NCBI GenBank assembly: GCA_010909165.1
Contig: MU008225.1
Span: 99,440 to 163,439, forward strand
Origin: Anthoceros angustus
Lineage: Eukaryota > Plantae > Anthocerotophyta
DNA length: 64,000 nucleotides
Direction: 5' to 3'
Shown: positions 15,459 to 29,191 of the stretch, piece by piece
How positions within the stretch are numbered: the first letter of the stretch is position 1
Layout: each line of letters opens with the position of its first letter
Program-made: the position numbers and the translations under genes
Notes under the pieces: model-generated
Databases searched by the model: none
What the model was told of the DNA's origin: nothing
Seen by the model: the letters and a program-made list of their open reading frames with translations, nothing else

Positions 15459-16853
15459 ATGGGGATGAGGCATCGTCTGCTGCTACCTGCACGCAGTAGA
15501 TCGGTTTCATCCATGGCACTCTCACGGCATGGGGGGCAGCTTGTCTACCCACAAATTTCCCGGGTTCCTTGCTGCGCGCTCTCCTCAGCTTCGACTCCCC
15601 AACCTGTGTCTAGAATCGCCTGGCGAGGCTCCCTTGTCTTCAGGCTGGTGGCGCTGTCGAGGAATTTCGCAGGGAGAGCCTCTAATAGAGCTAGGTCTAC
15701 GCAAATGCGGCTGTCACAAGTGCCTCTAGGAGTAGGAGAAGTAGCGCTGATCGGTGAAGAAAGCCTGGGGCTGAAGGAGAAAGCAGAGCTCGTTGCCCAG
15801 CAGCTGGAGACTTCCGGGGAAAGCAAATCTGAGGAAAGCAAGTCCGGAGAGGGTGATGACGACGCAGTTGTTTTTGCCAGAGATAAGGACCTGAAGCGCG
15901 GCCTGCGCAGGCTCGCTGGCAGCAACATCTTCGTAGGCTCCAGCCTCCGGAGCCTGCGCATCAAGAATGCGGAGTTCATCAAGAGCAGCCCCAAAGTTTC
16001 TGAATGCCCCAGAGAGGGTCTTCCGGAGTTTGCAGTTGTCGGGAGGTCCAACGTGGGCAAGTCTTCTCTCATCAACACCATGGTGAATCGCAAAGAGCTT
16101 GCTCAGACCTCGAAAAGGCCTGGTATCCTCCATTCCTTGCAGGGTTCAGGGTTTAAGCAGTTGGTTGCAAATGCATATGCATCCATACATGCGAATGAAT
16201 CCAGATAGCTCATACCCGACATTGTTGCAGGGAAAACGCAGCTCATCAATCACTTCAAGATAGACAACCGCTGGTACTTGGTGGATCTTCCAGGCTATGG
16301 GTAATTCACTGCACGGCAACCCAACCAGTGGCTGTTGCTCGCTGTGTTCTCGTTGCTCAATCCTTTTGTTTGCTGATAGGTTTGCCAAGGCTCCAACAGC
16401 TGTCCGGACTGACTGGAGTGCCTTCACCAAGGACTATTTTTTGAACCGGCAGAATCTGGTAGCCGTGTTTCTTCTCATCGATGCTAGCATTCCCCCGCAG
16501 AAAATCGACCTGGACTGTGCCAACTGGCTGGGGAGAAACAATGTAATGTGCTGTTTCGAGCGGACATTGTTGGGATGGAATTGTGAGTTCCTAATCGAAG
16601 TTGAGGGATAAATTTTGTGTCCCTCTGTGTGATGCAGATTCCAATGACCGTGGTGTTCACCAAGTGTGATAGGAAGAAGAAGAACAAGAATGGGGGCAGA
16701 AAGCCTGAAGAGAACATTCTCGACTTCGAAACGAGGTTAAAAGAGTCCTTCGCTGAGCTCCCTCCATGGGTGATGACCAGCTCTGCTACTGGGCAAGGCA
16801 AAGACGAACTCTTGACTCACATAGGAAACCTGTTGCAATATTGGAAAAGCTGA
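15459..16853 (+). CDS. engB: EngB/YihA-family ribosome-biogenesis GTPase with organellar transit-peptide-like extension
   Basis: [18 protein letters not shown] (G1), SKRPG|[14 protein letters not shown] (G3), LLIDAS, VFTKCD (G4) and [13 protein letters not shown], joined by short GT-AG introns. Confidence 0.9.
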
Positions 16854-17312
16854 GGCGAACATGTGTACCTATACAGGCACGAATCATGCTGCTGGAAGTG
16901 CTAGGCGCCGCTCGTGAATTGGAAACTTGTGTACCATGTGTATCTCAATTAACAAAACGCGATACATCGTTACGATTTGGCTACAAGATGATAAGGCGTA
17001 CCACAAGGAATGACTGCAAAGCGGAGCAGACCACCTACACAGGGTGCAAGATGTCCCTCGCGTAAATAATGCTCTCACCAGTCAGTCCTATCGCCCTCAG
17101 GTCCAGTACCTGCTTCAACACAAGCAAGCTATGTGCTTTCCTGAAAGCTGATGCGACGATCAGAGGATTCGATATGAACCTCAACTACGCCCGATTAAAT
17201 ACGTCTAGTGATGCTGAGTTGACGAGATAGGGCTCGATGACTACCAGACAAGCACACAAAGTATAAATATCTAGAGTGTACCTATTCACATTGTGTCGAT
17301 GCCAAGCAGGGT

Positions 17313-18360
17313 TCAGGAAGCTGGCACTTCATCCTCATGGTACAGGTACAGGCCAAGACCAAATCGAGCACATGCTCGACGGAAGGCCATCCCTTCTGCT
17401 TTTTGCACAGGATCACCATACTCGACATCATCCAGTGACGCCGTCCCCGTGGATTCACGCCAAGCCTGTGCAGAATCAAAACATGTGAGGCCATACAGTT
17501 GCACCTTGACGATTCAAGTAAGAAAATTTTCACACAATTAACAAGAGGACAAATTACCTCCCCATCAGTTCCACGAAGAGTTATGCGGTACACAACAGAT
17601 ACTGACTTGCCATCTGGAGAAAGCAGTACGTTCCGCACCTCTCCACTCCAGCCTGCCACACATTTGCCATACAGATGAAGCTGTGTAACTAGCAGAACGA
17701 AAGCTAAGGTGCTGTAGAGCATGCAATACTCATCCTAGACCATCTAGCAAACTGAAGCCAAAGAAACGTGAGTGAATGATGCAGTGCATCGGCTATAATA
17801 TGTACCAACAGATTTTCCACTGAAGTTGGAGGAAGAAAATCAACCTGGCGCATAGAAACTAAGCATACGATTCGCATGGTACCTGCACAACCGTGACACC
17901 CAGTAAGAATTCCCAGTCCAAACAGCCAGAGAAAACGTTGAAACCTAATTTCTCGTCTCCCGTGTGAGGCCTAAATCAAACCTGCATACCAGGGAATGTA
18001 CTTGAGCTCGTGGCCGTCCTCATCCACCTTGACTTTGAGCACCTTGTCAGGTACTCTCTTGTTCATGTCTCTGAGGATCTCAGCCAGAGGCCGTGTGATG
18101 AAGGAGCTCTGCGGTTGTGCATCAATGGGGACGGCGTAGTGGCCGAACGCCTGGCCAATCTTGGAAGCCGCATCCTTGGTGGCCTTGACCGACAGGTGCC
18201 TAGCCTGCTCCTGGAAGGAAGCCCGGGTGAACATAGTCCTAGGCACCGCAGTGCCCCACAGACTGCACGACAGACCCCCGGTGCCGCTAGAAGAGGGAGG
18301 CAGGGGCTTCACCCCCGCGCTCACCACAGACACAGGAGAGACGAGCCCCAACGCCTCCAT
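17313..18360 (-). CDS. RAD52: Plant organellar RAD52-like / ODB single-strand DNA-annealing protein
   Basis: ITRPLAEILRDMNKRVPD, KYIPW, HANRMLSFYAP, GWSGEVR, VVYRITLRGTDGE, RESTGT and AEGMAFRRACARFGLGLYLYHE across four exons. Confidence 0.9.
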
Positions 18361-18807
18361 CGGTTTCGTGTGCTTTCGAATGCGTGGCTACAGGGTGGAG
18401 CAATTTGTCACCCGAGTGTCGGACAGGCCTCAGAATCGTGTGCAAGCCAATTCATGCCGATTGGCAGCGCAAGTGCAAGAAGCCCGGCAGATCTAGAGAG
18501 AGACGATTGCTTTTAGATTGACTGTGCTTGTTCGCACACTTGCCACGCCAATTCCGTAGTATTCACTAATTGCTCGTATTTGCATCAAACAAATGCGGCA
18601 ATGAACAATTCGAGCTACGTGTTGTCACCAATCGCATCTCATTTTCGAGTTACGTATGTTCATGGCAAGCCGTACAGACGCCGCTAAGACCAATATGAGC
18701 TGGGAGCTAAAATAAATGAAATATACTGAATTGGTGATGACGAATACGAGCGGGCCCGATCCGGCCAAGCCACAATACATACTCTGCGAATGTATCTGAA
18801 TCACGGC

Positions 18808-21800
18808 TTACTTTAAGTCAGTGGGAGCTCGTCTGTCTGGATCTGCGGGAGCGCTTGGGAAGATGAAAAGCTGGCTGCTGAGAGAAGAAGTGTGGAAAGT
18901 GGAGGAGAACCGGGAGGAAGTAAGTTTCACTTGGGGAAGCTGGTGCATACCTGAAGCAATGGGGACAAACCTATATGACAGGAGGTACGTGGAAAGGGGA
19001 AGAACAGAGAGCGAGTCAGTGTGAGGACCAGAGAATATGAAGCTCTGTGCATCTGTGACGGAGAAGCCAATGCCCTGAAGGGCAGTTGTCTGATTTTGGA
19101 TTTTCAGGGACAAGGTGAATGGGACACCTAGCAGGGCGAAGGGAGGGCAATCCAAGGAGACGAGCAGGGGGGGAGATTCCACAAGGACGGGGGCTAGCTG
19201 AACACTCTTTGCAACTGGTTTTGGGACAGGCTCCAAGGCTCCCGAGCTCACTGGCTCCCTTTTCCAGGTCACTACAATCTTGCCAGGATGGAGTCCTGGA
19301 GAGCACTCAAGTGGATGTACCCAGAAGAGTTGCGTGTACGTCTCCCCAGAATGTAGGAGCACACCAGAAGAGGCATCCTCAGACGACCCTTCTCCAGGTT
19401 CTGATGCGGATTGATTTGATGATCTTGACTTCCTAACCAGGCAACATCTGGAGTCCCTCTCTTCCACCTCTATCGACAGCAGCCTTACTGGAAATGAACC
19501 TGAACTTTCGGCAGTTACCACCAAGATACTCCTCTCCTTCCAGGGGAGAGAGACTCTGGATGTACTGCTTACATCATCTTGCAAGCCCTGGGGCATCAAT
19601 GCATCACGCCTAAATGCACCCACATATCGGTAGCTGATTGACAAGGGGTCCTCACAAATGATAGATAACGTCCTGTTCAATCTGATAGTTTGAGATGTCC
19701 CCTCAGCTGCATCTGACGCCTGTGCCTGATATTTTAAGGACACGTTCAACCCAAGATTTCTGGCCTCAAGGGACCTCAGCAATAGAACCGTTGACCATGA
19801 TGCATTCACTTGAACAGGAGGAACAGTCAGAGACCCAGGGAAATTTTCAATCTTCCCAATCTTCTCAGCAGCACCCAAGGATTGGCTGTCATGACTTTCC
19901 CTTGACGATGAAGCAGGATCATGTTCAATCAGAACCTCAGCCGGAACAACACTCTGGTTAGAGGCGTCAGGTGATAGCCTTGTATTTCCAGACGATGGCA
20001 ATGTAGTAAGGTAGACCTCCAACGCTCCAGAGAAGATAGCATGCCCTGTTGATTTGAGGCTGACATGAACAGGAAACTCCTCTCGGACCATAGAGGGACC
20101 CGAGGAAACACCGAAGTCCATCTGTACTAGAGGTTCAGGTTCCTCAACCTGGATAACCTTCTGCCCAAAAAATGCCAAAGTACTGTCCTTGATAGGCAAA
20201 ACTTCCACTCCAGGCTCATAAATCCAAAGAGGCACTTCCTCCCTACTAGCAGCACTCTCCACCTGGCACCGGATGCGTGCATGTGGTCCGACATAAGCAA
20301 TAACTGCCAACAATTCAAGCTTGCCGCTTGTACCTGAAAACAAAGCATTCCAACCAAAAATAAGTTTCTGCGGTAAATGGAGAATGTGAAGACAACGTGA
20401 TACAAACTACTAAACCAGCCCACTTGGCATGAGAATGAACCACACTTACTTGGAGAGACAGAGACTACAAGTCTTTTCCACTTGTTTGGCTCCAATGCTA
20501 GATTGTACACTTCCTCCTTAAACACATCTTGAACCTGCACCTCTGAATTCCCAGAAATCCCAGATGCTGGACTGGAACTGGCCGAAGTCCGAAGAACAAA
20601 ATTACACTCTGATTGATTAAATTGCACCTCCAGCCTCTCCACTTCAACCACCAGGGGCAGGTGGGTAAGCAAACAAAGTGTAAACTGTGTTGATTTTCCT
20701 GGTTTCACGCTTGACTCCTGAAATGCTGCACAAGCAGAGAGAACAGCTCTCAATGGGCTCACCAAATCAATTTCAAGATTGACAGGCTTAGACTGATTCA
20801 CAGCCAATCCGCTCTCTCCATCCCGAGCTGGGAGAACTGAGCTTTCCCCCCCCAAGAGACTAAAAACTTGTTTGTGAATTTGCACCCGCTGAAGATCAGT
20901 AAGTGGCCCTGCTGGGCCAACCTGGGGCCCAGATACAATCCTATGGCCTTCACCGGGTGAGCTCTTCGGAATCGGCAAGGATGCCAACTCAAGTGCATAT
21001 TCCACATACTCCTTCAGCAAGCCAAGTTGGCGTGCACACTCTTGCAAGTACCCCAGGCTTGCCCCAAGAAGAGCAACCCAAGCCTCCTTTCGATACATTC
21101 CTGCCACACTATTGAAAAGTCTTATGGCATTTTCGTGATCTCTGGCATTAAAGTACTCTCTGCCCATCTCACTCCCAAGCTGATAGATCATCCTACTCGC
21201 TTGGATCAGCTTGTACTGCTCATGAGCTTTGGTGAGAAGGTCAATTGCTGCATGAGTGTGGGCAAATTTCTTCTCCACTGCTACTGCATGCCTCATGAAC
21301 TCAGCTCCTGTAGGTCTGCACCACAAAGATATGACATACATGAAATAAGACCTAAAGACTCAGCCTTCACATTAAGCTGCTAGAACAGTTCAAGCCACAA
21401 GACCTATGTTTCACCACATTCTCACATTTGAGTGTCAAGAGTGTTGCCACGTCGCAGAAGACGAGGAGCCTGTCCAACATAGAGAGGAGTGCCTATATCT
21501 TCTCGTGGACCTGCTAAGTAGTCCACAGCATTTGCCTCATCGAATGCCTCAAAAGTTGCAATAATGGAGTCAAAACTCCGTTTTCTTTGTGACATGTAGG
21601 CTGCTGCCAGCTGTACCATGAAAGTCAGAAAACGTTGAGACCAGTGAGTTGTCAGAGCCTCAATATATAGCGAATGCGAGTCCACAAAAGTCGATCAACC
21701 ATAAAAACACCGAGGGCATGAACAGACAAGTATAGATACCTGGTAGTAGTAGCCAGCTTGTAACTCACGCTCTGTAATAGGCGGCCCAGGTACTGTTGTG

Positions 21801-23629
21801 TTAGGAGCAGCTGCAGGACCAGCTGTGGAAAAGCTGTTCAGCAAAAGTTCTGCAAATACAAGGTACTGCTTGCTAACCCATGCCCAGTGCAAAAAAGCAC
21901 CTTCGGGAGGTCCTACTAAGCGCTTGTACCAGGTCATATGCTGCTTAAACCACTTCACAGCCTCAGTCTCTTTGCCACTATGCAACAGTAAAGTAGAAAC
22001 TTTGAAGTGGAGTTGCTCGGCAACAGCCTTCAACTCAACAATCCTTTGAACAGGCTGCAGCTCCATGGGCGTGGTTACCACCTGGGATCAAAATCCAGGA
22101 TAAATTCTAGAATAAGTTGCTTGCAGACACGCAGCTGAAAATGGTCAGCACCCAATAACAACTAGTTCACTGTGGATGAAACAAACAACAACTCAATGAA
22201 AACGCCAGCATTGACCAGTCACGTGCCAGAACTATGACAAATGATCTTGCTTGGCTACAATTCCTAGTGTACATGAGGCCACATGGTAACCGTTTTCTTG
22301 TTCTGAAAAAATGAGGACTGCAAATTTGCCTGCTCACAGGGGGACTAAAGAACAGACCATAGATTCTTAACCTTAAATGATAGAGAAGCAGCACCTCCTG
22401 CAGGAGACTGTAGGCAGTTTCGTAGAACTTAAGGGCTGCCACCCAATCCCTCCTAAACTCAGCATATACAGCCACCTGATTGGGATATGCACTGTGAGGA
22501 CATCGGAGAGAGAGAGCAAGACATTGAAAGTCATCATACTGTATCTCAAGAGACATCTCCTGTGCCTAGCAAACGCATCATTTATACCTTAAAGTTATAG
22601 CGTACACTGAGTTCCATAGAGCTGTAGGTCTTCTTTTCAATCCGCAATTTAACTCGTCGACCTTCATCTCTATAGTAGCTTGACGCAAGTTCAGCCAACA
22701 CGCTACCCAATCTGAAAGTTGTCACAAGAAGGGGCAACAAAATGAGACAGTAGATCCCACAGGGACAAACCACAGCAAGAAGCCCGAACATGCGTATAAG
22801 ACCTGCCCAGTGACCGCTTGAGTTCATTGGGATCGTGACTGATGAAGGTGAGACAGTTCTTTGCATCCACTTCTGCTCTCTTCCTGAAAGCAGTCAACCG
22901 GTCCTCATTCACCTCACCTGCATAGGATAGGCCATTGCTGCAACAAGCATAAGCCCTCATGTTCACGCTAATCAAACTGCGAGGTTGAAAATGCTTTCAA
23001 CGGAATTCACGAACCTTGATTCAAGTTGGGCTGAACAATTACCGCCAGCAGCTTGATATTCCTCCCTCGTATGACATTCCTGGAGATGGATGGACAACAG
23101 GACTTAGATGCGGCAGACTGTCAATAGCCCAGCAGCCTGCTGAACTCCTAGGACACATCACTTATAGGATCTACACAAAAAAAAAGAGGCAGCGACCAGG
23201 AATTCTCTGCTGCACACCAGAGACTCGTTCCCTGGATAGGAATGAGCTCGTTCAACGAAATGACCTGCCTGGTCTAGACACATACTTGATGCTGTCAAGG
23301 CTCGTGCAGACTTGCAGCCACTGAGTCGGATCTCCATACACGTGTTCGCGATCGAACAACGCTGCCAACACGGCTGGAGTTCTCGTCCGGTGTTTGAGCA
23401 ACCAATCAGCTTTCAGAATTCCCACGGGTGGTGGCAGCCTGGCATCGACGGATTTCCTCTCCTTTCCTCCGATGAGGGACACCTTGGAGAACTCCGGAAT
23501 TGCCAAGGTGTTGATGGGCGGCTGCTCCGTGTGCAGAAACAAGGAAATCGTGGAGTGCAGCTCAGGCACGCCAACCAGTGCTACTAGCGCCACAGGAGGC
23601 GTTCGCAGCTCGTCCGGGAACTCCTCCAT
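18808..23629 (-). CDS. TRAPPC11: Trafficking protein particle complex subunit 11 (foie gras/gryzun domains), multi-exon
   Basis: MEEFPDELRTPP, GILKADWLLKHRTRTP, RYNFK|VAVYAEFRRDW, AEQLHFKVSTLLLH, YRKEAW and the C-terminal FSGPH..PIASGMHQLPQV. Confidence 0.9.
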
Positions 23630-23876
23630 CGCGAATCCAACACTGCGCTCTGAGGAGTCCGACACTTCTGAGCAACCGCACTTTAACCTGATGCTGTTGG
23701 GACCCCAAAAGCTCGCTCTCTCCTTAGGGTTTGTCCAAAACATGGAAATTTTGCAACACTACTTCAAACAGTCTCTGACCTAAGCAGCTGCATCTCATTC
23801 TTGCAGCTTGCGGCAGTCCAATCCTCCCCCTCCCTGTCGTGCACGCCATTGCGTTCTTCTCTTCCCGGCAGGCACG

Positions 23877-24763
23877 ATGGTGGAATACACGTTCATCATG
23901 ATCAAGCCCGATGGTGTGCAAAGAGGCCTGGTAGGCTGTCAGTGCAAGCCCCTGATCTTTGTTGTCTTCGGGCTGTTTCTGTTCACTGCTGCTTCCTCCT
24001 CACTCCGAAGATCTGCATGGATCTGGAACATTGAGTTTCCCTTGGATGTGGGAAGCTCGATGTCCCCTTAGATGTAGGAAGCTCAATGTTCCCTTGGGTG
24101 TAGAAAGCTCTAATTTCTATACCTTGATGTCCTGAAGCTTTTTCTATGCTGCTCTTGTTACGTACTGCAGGTCGGCGAGATCATCGCCAGATTCGAGAAG
24201 AAAGGCTTTTCTCTGAAAGGTGTGGCCTCTGCTGACAGTTTCAGGCACTGAAGCTGCTCAAACAAGGTGATTGCATGTTGACATGGCTTACTAGAGGTGC
24301 TAACAGTCCGATTCGTGTTCGCAGCCTTGAAGTTGGTGAAAGTTGAGCGAGCTTTCGCCGAGAAGCATTATGCTGACTTGTCTGCCAAGCCTTTCTTCAA
24401 GGGTCTCGTGGACTACATCATCTCTGGTGTGGTGGTGGCCATGGTCTGGGAAGGCAAGGGCGTTGTTGCCACTGGCCGTAAGATCATCGGAGCTACTAAC
24501 CCTGCGGAGTCCGCTCCTGGTACAATCCGAGGCGACTTCGCCATCGACATCGGAAGGTGAGCGATCAACTTTATTTTGTTGCATTTGTGGCAGCTGGATC
24601 ATTTTCTCTTCAGTCCAACGAGACTCAGATTTCTCCACCTCCCCGCAGAAACGTGATCCATGGCAGCGACGCCGTCGAGAGCGCCAAGAAGGAAATCGCC
24701 TTGTGGTTCCCTGATGGAGTGACAGAATGGCAGAGCGCATTGCACCCTTGGATCTACGAGTAG
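23877..24763 (+). CDS. NDK1: Cytosolic nucleoside diphosphate kinase 1 (four exons)
   Basis: [44 protein letters not shown]|RNVIHGSD (catalytic His) and terminal HPWIYE. Confidence 0.95.
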
Positions 24764-25456
24764 ATTAGGTAGCTGCAATACTTTTACTCTACTACAGTCG
24801 TGATCCTCCTGCCTGGTCGACTGGCTGACGGTCGTGAGATCTCTTCTGTACCGGGAAAATGCAGTTTTGCTTGGTGCACATCCCACCTTTTGGGTACGAG
24901 GATTGCCTTGAGTTCAAGTGACAGAAATTCCAAATCACTGTCCATCATTTCCTATTTCCTTCATTTCCTTCCATCCCTCAAATTTGTATTACCCACTATT
25001 CCCGTATTACCAACCTGAACTTCCTTGACAGGCAGTCGAAATTTTTTTGGGGCAGGACTGTAGGAGTGGAGACTGGCGAGGGTATGTGTGTCATGCGGTA
25101 AAGCATAACTGACGTATTATTTGATGTAGGACAATGCATCAACCGGATTTGAAGACATGACGTGATAGCACGCATGGCGAAAGTTTTATGCAGTGACGAG
25201 TGGATAACTGACTGCGGAATTTATTGTGGTGGATATTATTCTGACAGGTTTTCCAGTCCGTTCGTTTTCAGGCCCGATGACCTTGTCTGCTTCTATCCAG
25301 GCATCTATGGCAGCTCCACGCGTGCTCAACGTCCCGGCAGCTCCAACATTCTGCTAAAGTTGGTGAGACACGCTGTGTGGTGTGGTGAAGAATTGTGTCG
25401 GCGAGCCCATAGCGAGAAATGTGGGCGCGTTCTAGTTCACTTGAATGTAGCATTCC

Positions 25457-26731
25457 ATGCAGGCACTGAGATTGTTCAGCCTTGGTGTGGCGAGGGACAT
25501 CAGAGGCCTGGGAGCTGCAGCGGTGTCGCGAGAGGAGGGGGAAGCTATGGCGGGGTACGGGCGGCAGCTTGCGACGGAGGTGCACAATGCCGGGGGGAAG
25601 TTGAGGGTGGTGAGCACGAAGCCGATGCCGGGGAGCCGGTGGATTCGGGAGCTGGTGAATGCGGGATGTCGGGTGGAGGTTTGCACGGAGGACAAGACGA
25701 TTCTGAGCGTGGAGGACGTGCTGCAGCTGATAGGCACGAAGTGTGACGGCGTGATCGGGCAATTGACGGAGGACTGGGGGGAGACGCTCTTCTCCGCGCT
25801 GAGGAGGGCTGGAGGCCACGCCTTCAGCAACATGGCGGTCGGATACAACAATGTGGATGTGGAGGCTGCAACCAGGAACGGGATCTCGGTGGGCAACACC
25901 CCGGGCGTGCTGACCGAGACGACGGCGGAGCTGGCGGCAGCGCTCACTCTGGCCGCGGCCCGGAGGGTGGTGGCGGCAGACAGCTTCATGCGCGCGGGGA
26001 AGTACAAGGGATGGCTGCCATCGCTCTTCGTCGGCAACCTGCTCAAGGGCCAGACTGTGGGGATCATCGGGGCCGGGAGGATCGGGACCGCGTATGCCAG
26101 GATGATGGTGGAGGGATTCAAGATGAACGTGGTCTACTACGACCTCTACCAGTCCACCCGGCTAGAGAACTTCGTGACAGCCTACGGGAGCTTCCTCAAG
26201 AGCCAGGGGGAGGAGGCCGTGACATGGAAGCGCGCCAGCAATGTGGAGCAGGTGCTGCAGGAGGCGGACGTGGTGAGCCTGCACCCGGTGCTGGACAAGT
26301 CAACCTACCACCTCATCAACAAGCAGCGGCTGAGCCTGATGAAGAAGGAGGCGGTGCTGGTGAACGCCAGCCGGGGGCCCGTGATAGACGAGGCGGCTCT
26401 GGTGGAGCACCTGAAGGCTAACCCCATGTTCCGTGTGGGGCTGGACGTGTTTGAAGACGAGCCGCTGATGAAGCCGGGGCTGGCGGAGCTGGAGAACGCC
26501 GTGGTGGTGCCGCATATTGCTTCTGCGTCGAAGTGGACCAGGGAAGGCATGGCCACTCTCGCCGCGCAGAACGTGGCCGCCAAGCTCCGGGGGTTTCCGG
26601 TTTGGCCCAATTCCAATGATGTTGCTCCCTTCTTGGACCCATTGTCTCCCGCGCCTACTGCCTGTCCCAGCATTGTGAATGCCAAGGCGCTCAACCTTCC
26701 CATTGGCACCGCAACTTCTGCTAAGCTTTGA
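25457..26731 (+). CDS. HPR1: Peroxisomal NADH-dependent hydroxypyruvate reductase / glycerate dehydrogenase (HPR1); intronless; C-terminal PTS1 -AKL
   Basis: RVVSTKPMPG, FSNMAVGYNNVDV, GNTPGVLTETTAELA, GIIGAGRIG, LVNASRGPVIDE, GLDVFEDEP and VPHIASASKWTREGMA; ends SAKL. Confidence 0.95.
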   Translation: MQALRLFSLGVARDIRGLGAAAVSREEGEAMAGYGRQLATEVHNAGGKLRVVSTKPMPGSRWIRELVNAGCRVEVCTEDKTILSVEDVLQLIGTKCDGVIGQLTEDWGETLFSALRRAGGHAFSNMAVGYNNVDVEAATRNGISVGNTPGVLTETTAELAAALTLAAARRVVAADSFMRAGKYKGWLPSLFVGNLLKGQTVGIIGAGRIGTAYARMMVEGFKMNVVYYDLYQSTRLENFVTAYGSFLKSQGEEAVTWKRASNVEQVLQEADVVSLHPVLDKSTYHLINKQRLSLMKKEAVLVNASRGPVIDEAALVEHLKANPMFRVGLDVFEDEPLMKPGLAELENAVVVPHIASASKWTREGMATLAAQNVAAKLRGFPVWPNSNDVAPFLDPLSPAPTACPSIVNAKALNLPIGTATSAKL

Positions 26732-26947
26732 GTTTGCCTCATGCAATCCTTTGCATCCGTGTGATGCCATCCCTGTAAATCGATAGCTGAATTTTTGGTT
26801 TCCAATACATCTTGGGTTTTGAACGGGCGACAATGCCTAGGGTGGCTTCCAGTTACATGTACAGGTTCGTCAAATGAGTAAGAATAGGAGTTGTACCAGA
26901 GTCCAGACCATCAAGATCTGAGCCGCGAGAAAAGACTACCTGCCTAA

Positions 26948-29191
26948 TTAATCGAGAGTCACTACCCAACCTAACTTGTCCTCTGCTTTGCCAGTCTGAA
27001 TGTCAGTCAGATCCTTGTACAGCTCCTGAGAAACCTTGCCTACTTCTCCACCACTGAACTCGACCCTGGCACAAACATAAAGCGCACAAAACTTAGGATC
27101 ATACAGAAGAGACAAGCCAACGTCTTCAGAGCCAACAGTATGAGGAGCAACCTTCTGTCTCCGTAAGTAATAGACCCGACAGGAGAGATCACCACGGCTG
27201 TCCCTGAGCAAAACACCTCATCTGCCTCAAGCAATTCTTCTACTTGTAGAGGCCGTTCATCAACCTGTTCATACAAAATGATGCACTGCAAATTAGATGC
27301 ACTGGAAATTAGGTGTTGCCAATAAGGTTCACATACTACTTTCTCAACAGTTCTTCAAGCAACATAGTTTGCTAGGTGAAGTACCTGGTAGCCACGGCTG
27401 CGAGCTAACTCGATTATGCTTTTCCGGGTAACGCCCGAGAGAATCGTACCACGCAATGCTGGAGTGACAATTGCACCATTCTGCAGTGTAACTAGGGCAT
27501 CAGAGTCATGAGCTCCACAGAGCAAAAGTACCTCCACAACCATGCTGCTAAACTTCACCCCTCACCTTGAACATGAAGATGTTGCACGACGACACCTCTT
27601 CCACGTACTTGTTTTCCACAGCATCGAGGTAGAGTACGTCAGAATACCCTTTCCCTTTTGCTGCCAACTGTGTCTTCAAAACCTGTAAGATTAGGGCGAT
27701 AAGTGAGGCACTAAACATATCAGGGGACTGTCGCACTACCACGAGCGGTTCGGATGAAATCTTACAGGAGCATAGTTGCCTATCGTTTTCACCCCACCAG
27801 TTCCTCCAGGTGCGGCTCGATGGTAGAATTCTTCCACCTTGAGTGAAATCGGTGCCAGACCTTCCTAACATAAGGTGTAAAGAAGACAGTATTAAGCTAT
27901 GCAGGCAGACTTTAGTGCAGAAGGTGACTTCCTTCTCAAAGAATCGACCAAGTGAACCCGGCAGTCCAAGGAATGGATATGCCACCAAAGGGGCCTAAAG
28001 CTTACCTTGAAATAATTGCCAACTGGAGACACGTAAATGACGAAGGTGTACTCGCTTGCGGGAGCCAACCCCAGAACAGCTCCAGTTCCAAGAAGAAGGG
28101 GTCTAATGTACAAAGAGCCTTTGCCTGTGGGAGGAATCTGTTCAACAGCGCAAGCCCACTAATTACCATCAATCAGGAGCAATGGCCTCACCATTGAGAA
28201 ATGCCACATTATATAAGAAGATTAACATACCCAGCGCTTATTTGCGAGCACGGCCTCCTTCACCCCGTTCACAAAGGCATCCACTGAAGGTGCGGGCATA
28301 CTGAGTCTGTCAGCACCAAGTTGCATGCGAAGAGCATTTTCCTCTGGCCTGAACAATAGAATCTGCCCACTCTCAGTCCTGTAGGCTTTCAGGCCCTCAA
28401 ACAAACCCTGCAGTCAAGAAAAGCGCCATAGTCGATTCAGGCTCAAGGATTACAAGCCGAAACCCTTCCATACCATTAGAAAAACGACACTGTGCGGGAA
28501 AAAGACCAAATCAACCACACAAGTACAGTCCAGGACGCTGCCCGTAATACCTGCCCGTAATTCAACACTGCTGCTGACGGACTCATTTCCAAATTACCGA
28601 AAGGCAACAATTCACCCTTCTGCCAATGCCCGTTAGCATCATACTTCATAACGTACATGCGATCAGTCGGTCGGATTCCAAACCCTAGATTGTCCACATC
28701 AATGCCTGAAAACGCATCCAGGTCACTGGAATAGGCCACACATCCCTCAGGGCACATCAACGGATGCAGCAAACCAAAACTGTATGACGTGAACAACCAA
28801 CACTATCCATCCAGCTGCTGACAACAAAGGCAGCAACGGGGCACTAACTTCAACGACTTTGCAAGTGCAGCCTCAGATGCAGTAGAGTGCAACCTAGAGC
28901 TCCTCAGACAAACACCATTCCGTCCCCACTCCACCTGCCAACCACTCACCGGGATAAGAACTCTATTGCAGGGAAAATTTCACTGTAGCAAAATCAGCTA
29001 CAGAACCACTTCAATCCAAAATTCCATACCGCAGACAAATTCTGACGAGACTGGAGCAACAAACAATCCCGACTAAAACCGCGGAATGAGCTCCTCAATC
29101 CAACTCCCTGCTGCCGGGCAAAAACATCCGGCAGCGTCGCGCTTTCGTGCCAACGCGGCAAGAGCAGCTTACGACCGCACAGCAACGCCAT
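26948..29191 (-). CDS. BCAT: Branched-chain amino acid aminotransferase (PLP fold IV), organellar-type, multi-exon; start codon uncertain (29191 or 29236)
   Basis: LNYGQ|[32 protein letters not shown] (PLP lysine), [36 protein letters not shown] and [10 protein letters not shown]-stop. Confidence 0.92.

Noticed and set aside
25268-26833. Long antisense ORFs over HPR1 (229 aa, 177 aa), and similar ones over the PPR and EngB genes
   Set aside because: Shadow ORFs caused by GC-rich codon usage of the sense gene.
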